Source of the DNA: the human T2T-CHM13v2.0 reference genome, Homo sapiens
Length of the DNA: 64,000 nt
Assembly: GCF_009914755.1 (NCBI RefSeq)
Contig: NC_060937.1
Reading direction: 5' to 3' (one strand)
Of the stretch, positions 27,026 to 41,689 are shown in pieces; the stretch's first letter is position 1; each line of letters begins with the position of its first letter. Below the pieces are notes generated by a model, which saw nothing but the letters and a program-made list of their open reading frames with translations, did not search any database and was not told the DNA's origin. Position numbers and translations under genes: made by a program.

Positions 27026-27808
27026 TTAAATACCATTTCAGGCAAAATTGGTCATCTTACTGCTTTAAGTGCATTTATCTGATGCTAACATTATTCTTTT
27101 TAAGAGACAAATATCTTTATCAAATAATATATAAAATGTTTCATTTCTTCTATCACTGAAGATGTTTGCGTACAATGCAAAATAAATAAATGCTGGCCTC
27201 TTGCAAGTATGAAAGGAACTCAGTATACAGCACGTGCTGTTGGTAGAACACCCCTGGCTTTCGCTATTTTGTCATGAACTCTGCTAAGAACCACTTACCC
27301 TAGTCAAGGTCTCAGATTGCTCCTGTAGTTTGGCAGAGAGTCCAATTGATGGTGTAAGTTGAAGAGCTCTTCTAATACACACTTTCTTTGTTTGTGGTTC
27401 TAAAAAGAGTTGAGCTCAGTACGGAAAGCTCATTACATTCACTATAAACAAGCAGCCTTGTTCTAAGATATTCCTGCTGGGTAATCATCATTGTGAATAT
27501 ATGTACATCTAAGTTCTTGGTTAGCTTTTTTTCCACACCCACCCCCTCCCCAAGGGGTGCCATTTGGTATGTATTAAAATTCTGTCTTCTTGAACATTAT
27601 TGACAGTCAGTTATAATGATTTCACCAGAGGTGATATGTGCCTTATTCAAAAATAAAAATCTTAAATTCCAAGAACTTCAATGATACTAAGGGGTCCGGC
27701 ATTCCCAGTGAATCAAAAAATTTGGTTTTCAGATATTAAGTAAGTATGGAAAACTCACATATGCTTAGAAGTTATGGCACAGATTGAAAATAAGGAAAAA
27801 AATTGGAG

Positions 27809-28099
27809 GGCTAGGGGCAGTGGCTCATGCCTGTAATCCCAGAGCTTCAGGAGGCTGAGGCAGGAGGACTGCTTGAGACCAGAAGTTTGAGACCAGCCAG
27901 GCAACACAGTGAGACCATGTCTCTATAAGAAATAAACCAAAGTAGCCAGATATGGTGGCCTGGGTGTGCTGTAGTCCTAGCTACTAGATTGCAGTGAGCC
28001 CTGGAGTTCAAGGTTACCGTGAGCTGTGATCATGCCACTGCACTCCAGTCTGGGAGACAGAGGGAGACTCTGCCTCAAAAGAAAAAAAGAAAAAAAAAA
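27809..28099 (+). mobile_element. AluJ
   Basis: Divergent dimer (ggaggactgcttgag, ggagttcaaggttaccgtgagctgtgat) with A tail. TSD-like aaa(a/g)attgga. Confidence 0.9.
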
Positions 28100-30090
28100 G
28101 ATTGGAAATATAGGTAGAACTCACTTGCTTATGGAACTGTATTATCCAATTATAGGGTGGTTAACAATATGTGGCCCTCAAGTGTCTGTATACACATATA
28201 CATATGTGTCTAATGTTGCATATATTATTGCTAACATATTATACTACACAGTATATATCTAGAAGTTACATGATATTATAACTATAAATAAAATGTCAAA
28301 TCTAAATTTTATTTTCAGACTATCTTAATAAGTTTAGCATTTGGGAACATATTAGAATCATCTCCGTATGTGAGAAATGGGGAGTAAAGTTTTCAGCACA
28401 GCATACATTAGCTCAGGATGAAAATCTTACCTGATTGCAAGTGATTGTCAGAGATTAATATGTTTTAAGTTTCACAGGGAGGACACCCCAATAATCACAG
28501 ATGCTTCTTGGACAGTTCAGCCATGTCTTAAAGTGACGTGCAGAGCTCTCTGAGTTCAAATCTATAAAAATGTTCTCTTGTCTTATCTAGTTCAGTCTAT
28601 ACTTTTGTACAGATCTAAGGTATTTATTTTTTTGTCGTTAATGTAATAATATATATTATGCTGAAATAATACCTAAGTAGGTTATAGATACTGAACACTT
28701 AACAAAGTGACAAAGTGTTTACTTATTATGAATTTTGTTATTTGTGTTTTTTTGAACTAGTCTATCTATTTTTAAAAGCACAGATGTCCAAACATTATAG
28801 TTAGTTGTTTAAATACCTTGTATCTCATTTGATTGTAAGCAAAGCAGGGCTATGAATGAAAGAGAAATACTTAAATTTGATTGCATTAGAATATTTAACT
28901 GCATAAATTATTCCAAAAATATAAAGTCTTGTGACTTAAAGGTTTGGAACAAAACAAAATTGTGATGATTATTAATAATGTATATTGACTTGTGCCCTAG
29001 TTATTTTTTATCAAGTTAAAGGTTAATTTACAATTCTTTCATTACTAAACTATTAATTGAAATTCTGTCTCAGTATGGGCTCGAGATGTTCAATAAAAGA
29101 GAGATAAGTGAAACTTTCTTTGATTACGGAAGCTCATCCAATATTTGCAAATGCCAAATTTTATAATAGATTTAGGCACCAAAGGAACTTATGCTTTTCT
29201 CCAGGAAAAAAAAAAAAGAAATAATCAATCACCACCATGATGTCATGATGTATACATCAGTTTTGAGGCAAGTTACAATCCCCACTTTCACTCCCAAACA
29301 CCCCATTGCAATAACTGCGCAAGTAAGAGTCCTCAATTCTGAAGCCTGGGTGGTCAGCCTGGTGAGTTTGGAGGTTCTAAGTAGTTTCTGATGATCAGGA
29401 AGTGAGGAAGCAGAGAGAAACAAAGCAGGACAGAGGGAAATGGGAGATACATACATCTCTCACGATGTGAGCCCAAGTTTGCAGAATGAGAGGTAAAGGT
29501 TAACTACCTAAGCTGATTCCCCACAGGCTGGCCTCCCGGGATTGGCCTCCTCTAATCCTCTGAGCAAACTGGCTTTGGTCAAGTGCTAATGACAATCATC
29601 CATCGTGGTCAATTGCAGAACTTAGACCCCAGTCTCACCTCAATTCATTAGTCTGTGGAAGAGCCTGTGTTTTCTGAACCAGGAATGCTGATGTGGCAAA
29701 TACTGCCAGTAGCTTGCCCCATTGTGCAATTGCAACAATTCATGGACGCCTGTACTGAATCATGCCAGTGGAGGGGCTGGAGTCCCCTCTAATGAACACA
29801 GAGCAGGAGACAAGGGACTGCTCCGTCATCCTGCTATTGTGCCTTGCTCCCAGACACATCAGGGAGGGAGCTGATGTTTGCCCAAGTATAGAATTTGAAT
29901 GCCTCATGGCCTTAGGTAATTTGAGCTGCCTCTTTGCCTTCTCTGTCATTCAGACAATCTCTTAAAAAGTAAGATTTCCTTGAAATGTCTCCAGCTAAAA
30001 ATTGTGGCTTGAGTATGTCCCTGATAAAGGCTTAATTTTATTTGATTTTATCTGGAAATACAAAAACATTATGGGGCAGGGAGGAAGCAC

Positions 30091-30092
30091 AA

Positions 30093-30134
<42 letters not shown>
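30091..30134. repeat. (AATA)11 microsatellite
   Basis: Perfect tetranucleotide run. Confidence 0.95.
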
Positions 30135-30135
<1 letters not shown>

Positions 30136-33100
30136 AATAAGATAAAACCAGGGAATAGGAAAAGCTCTCATTTGAAGGGTCATCTTAATTGGATACAAGT
30201 TCTTAGAACTTTTATGAAATATTCTTATAACTCTCATTTATGTATCTAAAAAAAATCACTGGAAGTAGATACTTATTCCAAACTGCCCATGACAACAACT
30301 ATCTGTGCTGTCTCTCCTGCCTTAAAGAGGCATCAAGCTGTAAAGGCAAATAGATAGCAGTTCTGTCTTTTAGAAAAGAATCTAAAATTTGGCTTAAAAT
30401 GTAACACCTGGTAAAGTAAAGCATATAGTAGATGCTTAATAAATGTTTTGAGAAACATATGAATGATTACATAAATGAATTGATCAAAGGATGGTGGCAT
30501 TAAGAAATTCTAATCAAATTGAAGCCACTGTGACAGCTGTCAGATAATCTAGGCTGACATCCTAGGGCACAGAATAAAAAAAAATTCTAGTTTCAAATTG
30601 CTTTCTTCAGACACTGATTAATACTAATAAACTTTTAATACAATGGAGTAGAATGGTGTTTTGCAGAAATACCTTCTACAAATCCTCTGAATAACAGGCT
30701 GCCTGGCTAGATCTCTTTCATGACAATGATATTTGCATGTCTAGAGAAAGATATGGTTTAATAATGTTGTCCCCTGGTCTGGAAGATCCCTCCCTGTAAG
30801 GTGAGATCTTCTCCTGTTTTATTTTTATTTCTTCAATTCCTACATAATCACTGTCCACAGTCTGTAGTTAGTAAAAGGTGCTTTTTCAACTGGACTAAAA
30901 ATATACAATGGCCTATAATTAAAATTTTTAAGTTATTTAATGCAGAAATCCATAAAAATAAAGGAAAAATGACAGACAAAATAGAATTGAGAAATAAAAA
31001 TTATACTCCAGATGGAATTTAGAATACATGGTCCTTAAAGATATAGAACTCATCTTATTTATTACTGTGTATTTGACACCTAGCCCAGGGCCTATCACAT
31101 AGTCATCATTTTATCAGTGTGTTTATTGTGTTTATTAATACAGTTGAAATATTTATTAATACATTGTTGAAGGAGTGATTCTGTCCTCTCATTTAGGCCT
31201 ACGCACATCAGATTTCAGTTTCCAGGTCTAGATTAATGTATGTTAACTTGAATATGAGGTGAAGAATCGGAACAGAAAGTTGAATTTTCCAAGATCTTGT
31301 AAATCTCCGAATTACCAATTTTGGTTTACGTAGAACTAATAGAAGTTATGGCTTTAAACTAGATAAGCCTACCCTAGCCAGAAAAACTTAGTGGGTTTTA
31401 TTTCTCATTTAAGTAAGTTGGCCTCTGTGCAGATGGTAATAGAATCAGTCTCAAATAATTGCCACAAGCTTAAATGAAAAGATACATGTTATTGTGCAAA
31501 GGCTGAAAAGCACATGTGCATCAGATAAGGACTCCCAAGCCACCTGTAGTGAGAGACAGTGATTTGCATCACTGTGTCTTGTTACCCTCCAGCTCAGAGA
31601 ACATGATACTTACAGGCCAGCCAAGCCCTCCTTCTTGGACTCATTCTCATTCAGAATCTTCCACAATCTCTGACTCCTGTACTTTCATCCATTATTGACT
31701 CCTCAACCTGCTTCCTCACAAACAGAAGATGACATTCTGTCACAAACACAGAGCGAATCTGTACCCCCAAATTCCAAAAAAGGCAGATTTTCTGCTCTGT
31801 GTGTCCACATGAAACTTCATACTCGATGTTCCAACATGAGGGTGTGACCCATCTGAGCAACTTATGTCACTCAAAGCAATTGAAGAAAACACTTATTCAG
31901 AGAATCATTAGCAAAACACCATGAGCCTAGGTCTAACTGGGAAGGAAAATATTTCAATCCACTTCGAAAATATTCTGCCAAAAAACATGTTAAAACACCC
32001 ATCAACTTTTTGTTTTTTAGATTTTCCTTCCCCCATCATATGTGGGCAACTGTTTTGTGCTGTCAAGTACTGACATTTTTCAGCTATAATCTCTCCTTCC
32101 TTGGTAGCCTTGGGGTTGTTTATTTTCTTAGGGTTTTAAGTTATTTTTCTTGGCCTGAAAACTCATGGTGCCTACTGTCAGAGCTGCACAGAACCCAGTG
32201 CTCAGCCACTGCGTGCCTCCAAGCGCTGACATCCTAACAACAGTCTGGGTCTCTGAGGTCTTGGAGCAGAGGGAGGTGAGACAAAGATAACAGGGTCTAA
32301 ACTGTGCCTACTGGAAGTCTCTGCTCTCAAATAATAAAAAAACTTAAAATGAACAACATTTTACTAAATATAGCCTGATCACTGCATTTGCATGGGGGCT
32401 GGATTGATCTGGAATGATCAGAGCTAACATGAAGCTCTTTTCTGGAGATGTGGGACATCAAAGTCACATACTAAGAAGGGATGAAGACATTGCAGTGTAT
32501 CGGTCTCCCTCACCCTGTCCTTCTCTAGCGGTACCCCCTCTCTGAATCTTTTCTTACTGGCCACAAAGAACAAAACTCTCAGTGCAATGCCATGACAAAT
32601 TTCTCCAGGAAGGCTAACCAAATCGTGAAAAGGTGCTTTTTTTGTTGCTGTATTTTTAAGGAGTCTTTAAAGGTTAAAGTGAATCCATAAAAGGCTGAAT
32701 TAGAAATGTTATGTTTTTAATTTTAATAGGCCATCTTACGTCTTGCTCTACAAACACCAAGTTCATTGTGGAGGCTAAGAAGCAGCGCTGCTGTGTGCAT
32801 TTGTTTTGTGAGGTCAGTCACCTCTTCTCTCTCATGCGCACAATAACATATGCAAAAAATTCAACTCATACAAATGTGCTCCACAGGAAAATCAATGCTT
32901 TTTTGGTCATGCCAACCTAGTTATTTTTCTTTAATGATTACGGGCTAACTACACACAGTCGAACAATGTTCACTAGAAATAGATTAACTCGGCCTTTCAG
33001 TTGATGTGAGCTGGCTTCCAATGCTGGTTATGAAGACAAAAGCCGGCCCAACAAAAGCTTCTCCCCTCTCTTTAGTGGCTTTGATGCTGCTTTTCAGCCC

Positions 33101-34469
33101 CTCTGTGCAGTGACAACCTCATCGCTTGTGATTGATCTGAGAACCTGTGCACTTGGATTCCTTGAAAGTTTTTGTCTTGGTTTCACTGGCATCTATCTCG
33201 CATTCAGTTCCGATATCTGTGACTTCATCATATCCATGGCCTGCCACTAGCTACAGAAGCGCATTGTTCAGCCTCTCTTCATGCCGGAGGAGGTTTTCCT
33301 AGGGGTTGCTTCTTGTTCTCAAACATGAAAATGTGTGAAGCATAAAACTCCAGCTGTGAATACTTACCTCCCTGCAGTGTTAAAAAGTTCAATATACAAA
33401 ACACCTGGTTTCAACTAAAATGTACATCAAGATATACAGCAAAGAGACAGATTTAATATCCCCCATAGGGCCCTTGGGCGGTTTTTAAAATTAAAGACAC
33501 AACACACTTTCTTTTTTTTTTTTTTTTTCAGATGAGGTTTTACTCTTTTACAAATAATGAACCAATAAACATCAGGCAGTCGAAGGGAAAGTTGTAAGAA
33601 AACAGTGGAAAGGGTCATTGTCATGTAAATGAAAATCACACAGGCGTTACTTAGACACATTGTAAATGTATTTATTCCTGGTCAGTAAAATTCTTTTTAC
33701 AAGTGATAAATGCGGCCAAAAGCCTCAATGATTTAAATCCTGTGGGGAATACTAGCTCTCTTAACTTCAGCGACCTTCTAAATGTTCATCATGAATTTAT
33801 TTACTAGCAGATAAAAGTAGTAGAGCGGCCATTTTAATGTCTTCTTCCTTGCAAGAATCCTAAACTTGGATAAATGATTATTAGAAAGTAACTGAATGGT
33901 TATTTTTATAAGTATCCTTAAATCCTCCCAAAGTTAAATTTAACATTTTTAGATATATATATATCTAAAATATTGAAAGATATTGAGAGGGCAAGAGTGG
34001 AGACAGCAGAAAACATTTTAATATGGCTTCGTGCAAGGTATTAATTGAATAAAATATCTTTAACTGTTTTTTTTTTTTTTCTGGATTCCCCATTTCAAGG
34101 TTAAAGAGCCAAGTGCCTGTCTTTAGGAAGAGCAGTGAGTGTGGGTATCTGCGGGTGTATCAAGAGTTAGCTCAATGTGGTTCACAGTGTCTTTCCAAGA
34201 GGGTGCAGAAGCTGCAGCAGAAAGTGTGTGGTTGGCCTCACTTTCCTTCCCCCTCCACTCACAGCCACGCCCCCCATCAGGACTCTCTCCCCTGCATTTT
34301 TGGCCTAAATATCCTAGGATCGTTCAGGGCCAGATTCTGAGATAGAAACAGCTTCCCATTATAATTATGGTGCAGTATTCAGTTACAAGGGTCATTCCCC
34401 GCAGTCTACCTTAGAAAAGGAAAAACAAAAGAGCCCAAATTTAACATTCTGTAATTCTCACTTGCTTCT

Positions 34470-34713
34470 GGTGTAGTTGTTAAAAAGCACAGAGCCCTGG
34501 GCAGAATGCCTTAGTTCAGACCTCACTGCTCCTTATGCTGTCTGTGCAACACTGGGTATACTGCTGGTCTGCAGTTTTCATCTTTGCGAAATGGGAATAA
34601 TATTAGTACCAATCTCATCCAATTTTGAAAAGGATGAAATGAGTTAAAACAGGACAAGGCTTAGAAGAGTGCCTGTCAGATAATAATATTCAGCACGGTT
34701 AGCTAATATCATC
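34470..34713 (+). mobile_element. MIR
   Basis: ggtgtagttgttaaaaagcacagag...cagttttcatctttgcgaaatgggaataatattagtacc...aggatgaaatgagtta...gcttagaagagtgcctg. Confidence 0.75.
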
Positions 34714-35399
34714 ACTGCCGTCATCTTCTCCATTAAATACTGATTTTAGTAAACTCTGATTCTATCTTGCTTATACACCCTACCAGCAGGTTTTGATTCT
34801 ATTTTACGTCATCTTTGGTGGAGTTTTTATTTAAAGTATTTGGCAGAAGGAAAGTGATACTGGTAGTATTACACAAAGTGTTGGTGCATTCACTCAGCAA
34901 ATGCTTATTCATTAAAACTCAAGGAACCCTTGGGCATCATTCTCCAAGAGACCGTTTTTGAAACAAGGAAGATGTATTGGGTTTTGTATTTGGGATATGT
35001 AAGTGCCAAGAGTGGTCCTAGTGTTAGTTTAACAAGCTTAACAAATGATGTACCTTTTAACATCTCTTAACTACAAATCCATAGTCATAACCTCATTTGT
35101 TTATGGAAGGGTGTTCTGGAATAATAAAATATTTTTTCACTCAATTAGCTCTCCCACGCTCTGCAATGATCTTTTTATTCTCCCTGCAAAAGTAACCAAC
35201 ACCCCTCCTCACTTTCCCACTCATCAAGTTAGATGACCTTGCCAGAGAAAACAGAGGGCATTGGTTGGAATATCTCTCAACATGTCCCGACCCACATCAG
35301 GAACTGTCTTACCTCTTACTAAACAAAAGGAATCATTTTTCTTTTTGCATAAGGCCAGTATAATTGTCCCATGTTTCAGTACTGTTCATATTTGGCTTC

Positions 35400-36155
35400 T
35401 CTGCTTCCACTTTTAGCACTTTCTTGCTTATTCTCAACACAGTCACAATCATCCTGGTGGTCAGCTAATGTCTCTCCTCTGCTAAAAACATCCTTGTGAT
35501 TTTCCATCTCACTCAGAGGAGACACCGAAGTCCTCCTCACAACCTGCAAAGCCCTGGAGCTGTAGTTCCCAAGGTGCTCCTGGTGTTGTGCTGCATCAGT
35601 ATTTCCCTGAGAACTTATTAGACATGCAAATTCATGGGCCCCACCTGAGGTTTATGGAATCAAAATCTCTGAGAGCTTAGAAATCTGCATTCCGCAAGCC
35701 GCTGGGCGATTTGATATGTATCTCACCTTTTATTTTTTTCTAAACTGATCGTTCTCCTTCATTTTCATCAAACACCCATTAAATATTTTCATCAAAACCA
35801 TCATGCTCTCAACGCAAGACATTTGCACTTTTGGTTTCCTCTGTTACAAACATCCTTTACCCACATCAACTCAGGCCTCCTTGCCTCCTGCATATATTTA
35901 TTCCAATGCGACTTTCCCAGTAAAGATGTTCTCAAACATCCTATGTTTAATTTCACCTTTCTCCATTTAGATATATTCCTCTCTCCCTTTCCTGATATAT
36001 TTTTCTCTGTAACATTTATCTTAATAATACACAGAATGTTTTACTTATCCATTTTTGTCTCCTTGCACTGCAATAGGAGCTTCTCTACAGCTGGTATCAT
36101 TGTCAGTTTACTTCACTGGTGCCTCCCCAGACCCTGGAAGATCAGAAGAGCTGGT
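35400..36155 (+). mobile_element. L2 (L2a-like) 3' part, interrupted by MER5A
   Basis: ttctcaacacag...tctctcctctgctaaaaac...ccatctcactcaga; resumes after 35720 and ends cttcactggtgcctccccag. Confidence 0.6.
35560..35720. mobile_element. MER5A (hAT-Charlie MITE)
   Basis: gcatcagtatttccctgagaacttattagacatgcaaattcatgggccccacct...gaatcaaaatctctg...aaatctgcatt. Confidence 0.75.
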
Positions 36156-36246
36156 TAACACTTTGATTTGGAAAATTTTTGGTTTTGTGGGTCCCATCTG
36201 AACTTTATCTCATGCACATCCCAGTATTTCTTCATACCAGAGCGCA

Positions 36247-36667
36247 TGTATTTTTCAGCTTTTACTGAGGCAACAAATAAGCCCCAGATCTTAAGTTCTT
36301 ACAACTGACTCATGGTTCTTGCTGAAGGTCACCTGGGGTCTCTGGGAAGTTGCAGTTCTGCCAGGTTCTGCTGGGCACTACAGGAATCAGCCCAGCCCCG
36401 CTCAGTGTGGCACTCCATGTCTTTTTATATGGTTCCCAGGTTGAGGGAAGGAGCTCCAGTAGCAGAGTGAGGGGGAAAGAGGGTTCTTGCAATATTTCTA
36501 AAGGTTTCTGCTAATATAAGGCAAACACATTATCTTTTCACAACCCACTGGCCAAAGCTAGAAGCATGCCTAACCCCAAAATCTATGGAGAAGTGAACAT
36601 ATTACTTCACAGGACGGGGTAGAAAGGGGATGGATGTAATTGGAAACAAGTAGTACAATCTACTACG
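36247..36667 (-). mobile_element. Old MLT1 (I/J/K-like) LTR
   Basis: aacaaataagccccagatcttaag...ccactggccaaagctagaagcatgcctaacccc...caatctactac. Confidence 0.55.
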
Positions 36668-36961
36668 TGCAATCTCTTCAAAGTAAAGTTTGTACTTCTT
36701 GGATTTCAGAGAATTATAATACTCTGGAAGGAAAAAAAGGTCCCAGAACCCCTGCTAAGTTATGACACTGTACTGGAGAGCCTCATCCTGTTGCATGTAT
36801 AGAATAATTTCTAGCAGGACACACAGGGAATGCAAATAGCAGCATTCTCTCTGTAAAGTAAAAATCATGAAAGAGAAAATAGCATTCTCATTTTTCATAT
36901 AAACTACTTAAGAATTGCTTAAAACTGTTTTCAAAAAATATATTTTACTTTTGTAATTCTT

Positions 36962-37312
36962 GTTTTTTTATTGTGGTAAAAGAGAGATAACACAAAGTTT
37001 TCTATTTTAACTATTTTGCTGTGTGCAATTAATTCATTGGCATTAAATACCTTCACAGTGCCGTGCAACCATCACCTCTGGTAGCTCCAGAACTTTGTCA
37101 TCACTCCAAATGGAAATCTCATACCCACTAAAGAGTCACTCCTTATTCTACCTACCCCCCAGCTCCTGAACAACACCAATCAGCTTTATGTCTATATAGG
37201 TTTACTTATCGTGGATGTTTTGTATAAATGGAATCAAACAATATGCAGCCTTTTGTCTCTTTTTTATTTTCCAGTATTTCTTTTTGTAGCTGAATGATAG
37301 CCCATTGTATGG
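36962..37312 (-). mobile_element. L1MB 3' end
   Basis: ttattgtggtaaaa...gcattaaataccttcacagtgccgtgcaaccatcacc...ccagaacttt...tataaatggaatca. Confidence 0.85.
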
Positions 37313-37734
37313 GTCTATTCTTCACTTCAGGAGTGTATATACATATATATATATATATATCCTAGAATAAAGAAGACAGCTGAGTTCCTTTTTTTTTTTT
37401 TTTTTTTTTTTTTTCTATTTAAGCCAAATGTTTCAAATGGTAGACACAGGCACTGGAGATAAAAAAAGTATTTGACATTCAGAAGATATAAATAGCAAAT
37501 ATCAACAATGAAAACATGATGAAACAGGGCATAGAACTTATTCATAAACAGGAGGCTGGGAAGACTTCATATGAGAAGCTAGTTCTTGTCTCACCACCAT
37601 CCAGCATTCCCTCCTCACCCCTCCCATCTCAGTCCCACTAAGAATGATACAGTCATTGTTTAATGAGGGAAAGAGCCAGAATTATGGAAAATACAAAGAA
37701 GGTTAATGACTGATGCAAAATTTTTTCAAAAGGG

Positions 37735-38114
37735 TGTATTAGTCCATTCTCATGCTACTAATAAAGACATACCTGGGACTGGGTAATTTATAAAGGAAAG
37801 AGGTTTAATTGACTCATAGTTCAGCATGGCTGGGGAGGCCTCAGGAAACTTACAATCATGGCAGAAGGGGAAGCAAAAACGTCCTTCTTCACATGGTGGC
37901 AGCAAGGAGAATTGCCAAGCAAAGAAGGAAAAGTCCCTTATAAAACCATCAGATCTCGTGAGAACTCACTATCATGAGAAGAACAGCATGGGGGTAATAG
38001 TCCCCATTCCCATGATTCAATTACTTCCCACTGGGGCCCTCCCATTACACCTGGGGATTACAGGAACTACAATTCAAGATGAGATTTGGGTGGGGACACA
38101 GCCAAACCATATCA
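37735..38114 (-). mobile_element. THE1 solo LTR
   Basis: tgtattagtcc...gccaaaccatatca. TSD aaggg/aaggt. Confidence 0.95.
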
Positions 38115-38539
38115 AAGGTAGTTGTACCTTGGCCTCTAGTAGGATCAAAAACCTTGGGAGAGATAGAATAAAAAGATGGAATTTTCACAGTTGTTTTGGG
38201 GAAATCCCAGGAGATAAAGGACCTGATCCCTGATTTCCTGGAAATTTCAGTCAGAGAGAGATGCCCTAATTGGGCATGGAGTTAGAATCGTCAGTAGCAA
38301 TGTCACAGTGCCTTGTTCAGGAGAAGGGCCTGAAGGCATCCTCAAAGGCACACCAGCCAAGGGAGAGGATGACATGACCTGGCTCAGTCAGGGTTTGAAA
38401 AACTCAGAGTGCAAACCCAGGGTTTGGATATTGAGGGGGGACCTCAGACATCAGGCATTGTCTGCAAGAAATGCTGGCTAAGACCTTAGGGGAGCTCCAC
38501 TGCAGAGGAAGCCAGCGGGAACATGCCTAGGCCCTGCAA

Positions 38540-38700
38540 GGTACTTACTAAGTGCCAACCACTGTTTTTAGGACTTAAATATTGTAAAATATTTAATTCG
38601 ATTATCAGTATAGTGGGAAAAATATGGTTATTTCCATATTCCTTTTATAGATACAGAAATTAAGTCATAATAAAGGTATGTAACTTGTCCAAGGAGGTCC
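38540..38700 (-). mobile_element. MIR fragment
   Basis: ttttatagatacagaaattaag...aaaggtatgtaacttgtccaagg. Confidence 0.5.
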
Positions 38701-39696
38701 AGATGGGAGGAAGACCTGGCGTGAGGCAAACTACCCCTAACATCTACCCTGGAGAAGAAAATATGAGGGAATGAGATCAAATCTAACAAAGCATCTAAGT
38801 CTGGATTTTACCTTCAATTGCAAGATGAAGGTCATTGGATATTTGGAACTACCTTGAGTACAGGTAAACAAAAACTAATGTGTTTAATTTTTTATATATT
38901 TTATTTACATTGGATATGAAGTCGCCTATTGACTACATGTCTCTATATCTCTCTATCTTCCATGTATTTATTATTACTTATTGTATAGTAATCTCGAAAT
39001 TTCCCACAATGCCTAGAGCAATACTGTTCTCAGAGTAGGCATTACAACATGTGATTGAGAAATCAACCAATAAATCAAGGAGTTCATTCTTTTTTTGAAT
39101 TTCCCAAGACCTCCAAATTAATTGTTGCAGATATAATTTTTAAAACAAAAATTGAAATAACTAATTTTATTAGTAGCAATAGTAGCATTCTCTGAACTTT
39201 AACGTATCTTTGAAATTTAGATTGACCCAAAGTTGAATAATTTAGTTAAGCAACTAGTCTGAGAGAAACATTTTATTGGCTTCAAATTTTTAGTTGGGTA
39301 AAATAAAGAATCACCGTATGCTATATCCAGAAAGCATTAATGTTGTCATTTCATGAATGCAACAACTCTGGTTTTGCAATTTTAAGCAAGATTTTGTTGT
39401 TAAATAATAACAGAGTTAGCATTAGTCATAAAATAATTCTAAGCTCCTTGGCCTGTCCTTGAAGGACTGGTGTGTTTTTGGTTAGCCTTTATGTTTGCTT
39501 TCTTTTTTAAAACATCTTCTTCATAAAAGTGAAGTGTTTAATAGATCAAGAAAAAAAATTTAGATAATTCCAAGAACTCCTATAACTTCATTTTAGGTCA
39601 ATAGTCATGCATCCCTCTTGAAATCCTTCAAGCTCAAAGCATTGTATTAAGCATAGACTTTTCTATTAAGTTAACCAAGATATTAATACAAAATAT

Positions 39697-40049
39697 TGTA
39701 TTAGTCTGTTTCCATGCTGCTGGTAAAGACATACCTGAGACTGGGATGAAAAAGAGGTTTAATTAGACTTACAGTTCCACATGGTTGGGAGGCCTCAGAG
39801 TCATGGTGGGAGGCAAAAGGCACTTCTTACATGGCAGTGTCAAAAGAAAATGAGGAGGAAGCAAAACCTGGAACCCCTGATAAACCCAGCAGATCTCATG
39901 AGACTTATCCACTATCTCAAGAATAGCATGGAAAAGACCGGCCCCCATGATTTAATTACCTCCCCCTGGGTCCCTCCCATAACACGTGGGAATTCTGGGA
40001 GATACAATTCAAGTTGAGATTTGGGTGGGGACACAGCCAAACCATATTA
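39697..40049 (-). mobile_element. THE1A-like solo LTR
   Basis: tgtattagtctg...aacccctgataaaccc...gccaaaccatatta. Perfect TSD aatat (39692-39696 and 40050-40054). Confidence 0.95.
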
Positions 40050-40557
40050 AATATGTTATTTTATCATCAACAACTTTGTTTTCTAAGAATCTTAAATTTA
40101 GCTTTGCGTTCTCTATTTTCATAAGATCAGTATTAGGTAAGAGAGATATAATGTTTAAATTTGATACTAATATCCCAATCTTAAAAACAGGACAAATTGG
40201 TCCCAGCATAAAGGAGAATAACTTGCCTCAGTCTAGCAATTAGCAGTACTTCTAGAAACCAATCTTAACAACTCAATTACTGGGCTAATATTAGAATTCT
40301 AAATAGAATTCTATTCTATTTAGATAGAATAGAATTAGATGGAATAGAATTAGATGGAATTCTATTTTATCACATCAGATGTTCAAATGCAGTTCTTTCT
40401 CTAACTGAAGGGGAGTGAGACAGGGACAGAGGTTTTGCTGCAGGCTTTTAATATATAGTGTTTCAAGTATAGTATTTAAAGGCTTATTCAAGGTGGTACC
40501 ACTAATATGAGTTTGCAGAGGAGTAAACATGAGGTAGAGAAATATATATATATATAA

Positions 40558-40862
<305 letters not shown>

Positions 40863-41689
40863 AGTATTTTCATTTTTTTATAACCTTTCTATACTTTTAT
40901 ACTTTTGATAGGTAGATGGAGCTGGTTGTTTTCTTTGTTTCTGCATTCATCATCTCTACATGTTAGTTCTTCCAGTATAATGCTGCCATACGTTTTACAA
41001 TATAGACTATATACACATTCTCAAGCATAACAACAATCTTTAAACAATGATCTTCCAGTCCACTCCTTTCTCTACAAGTGATATTGGAGCCAAGTTACAC
41101 AGAATGACTTTTATACCTAATGCCAGAGAAAATGCATTTCTTATTAGCTTGATTTGATCTGGAAAAAATGTAAAAAATTGATATCTGGACAGAATATATT
41201 TTTGAATCAGTGTATCACACTGGCAGTCCATTCACAAGCACTGCAGGCACTTTGATGCTTCCATAAGCTGATGAAAACACAAATTGGATTATGCCATAGT
41301 TGTCATTTAAACTCACAGTGAAAATAGTCTGATAAATGTCAACCTGCCACTGGGCTGCCTAATTGTTCTATTTTGCCATGAGCCAACGTGATGAGGTACA
41401 ATTTATTCAATATAACATTATGGACAAACACATATTTAACAAGTCCTGATTAAAATCAATTTCCAGATAACAATCCAGCTTCCATATCAGTGACAGCTTC
41501 TACCAATTGCAGGGAAAGCTGAATTTGAAGAAAGAGGTGGTTGAATTTGAGCTCATAGGAGTATTAAAATATTTTTAATGACATTGAAATAAGTACTCGG
41601 TGCATTCTGTTTAAAAAAATGTAAGAACCAAAAATGCTGAAATGTAATTGGCTAGAATTGCTGCACATGATGAGGAAACTTTGCAACTT

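Noticed and set aside
37826-38233. 135-aa ORF
   Set aside because: Antisense translation of a THE1 LTR; the same peptide pattern recurs at the other THE1 copies.
40290-40366. AT-rich gaata/tattc inverted and 15-bp direct repeats
   Set aside because: Low-complexity slippage product. It has no spacers or constant repeat, so it is not CRISPR-like or a MITE.
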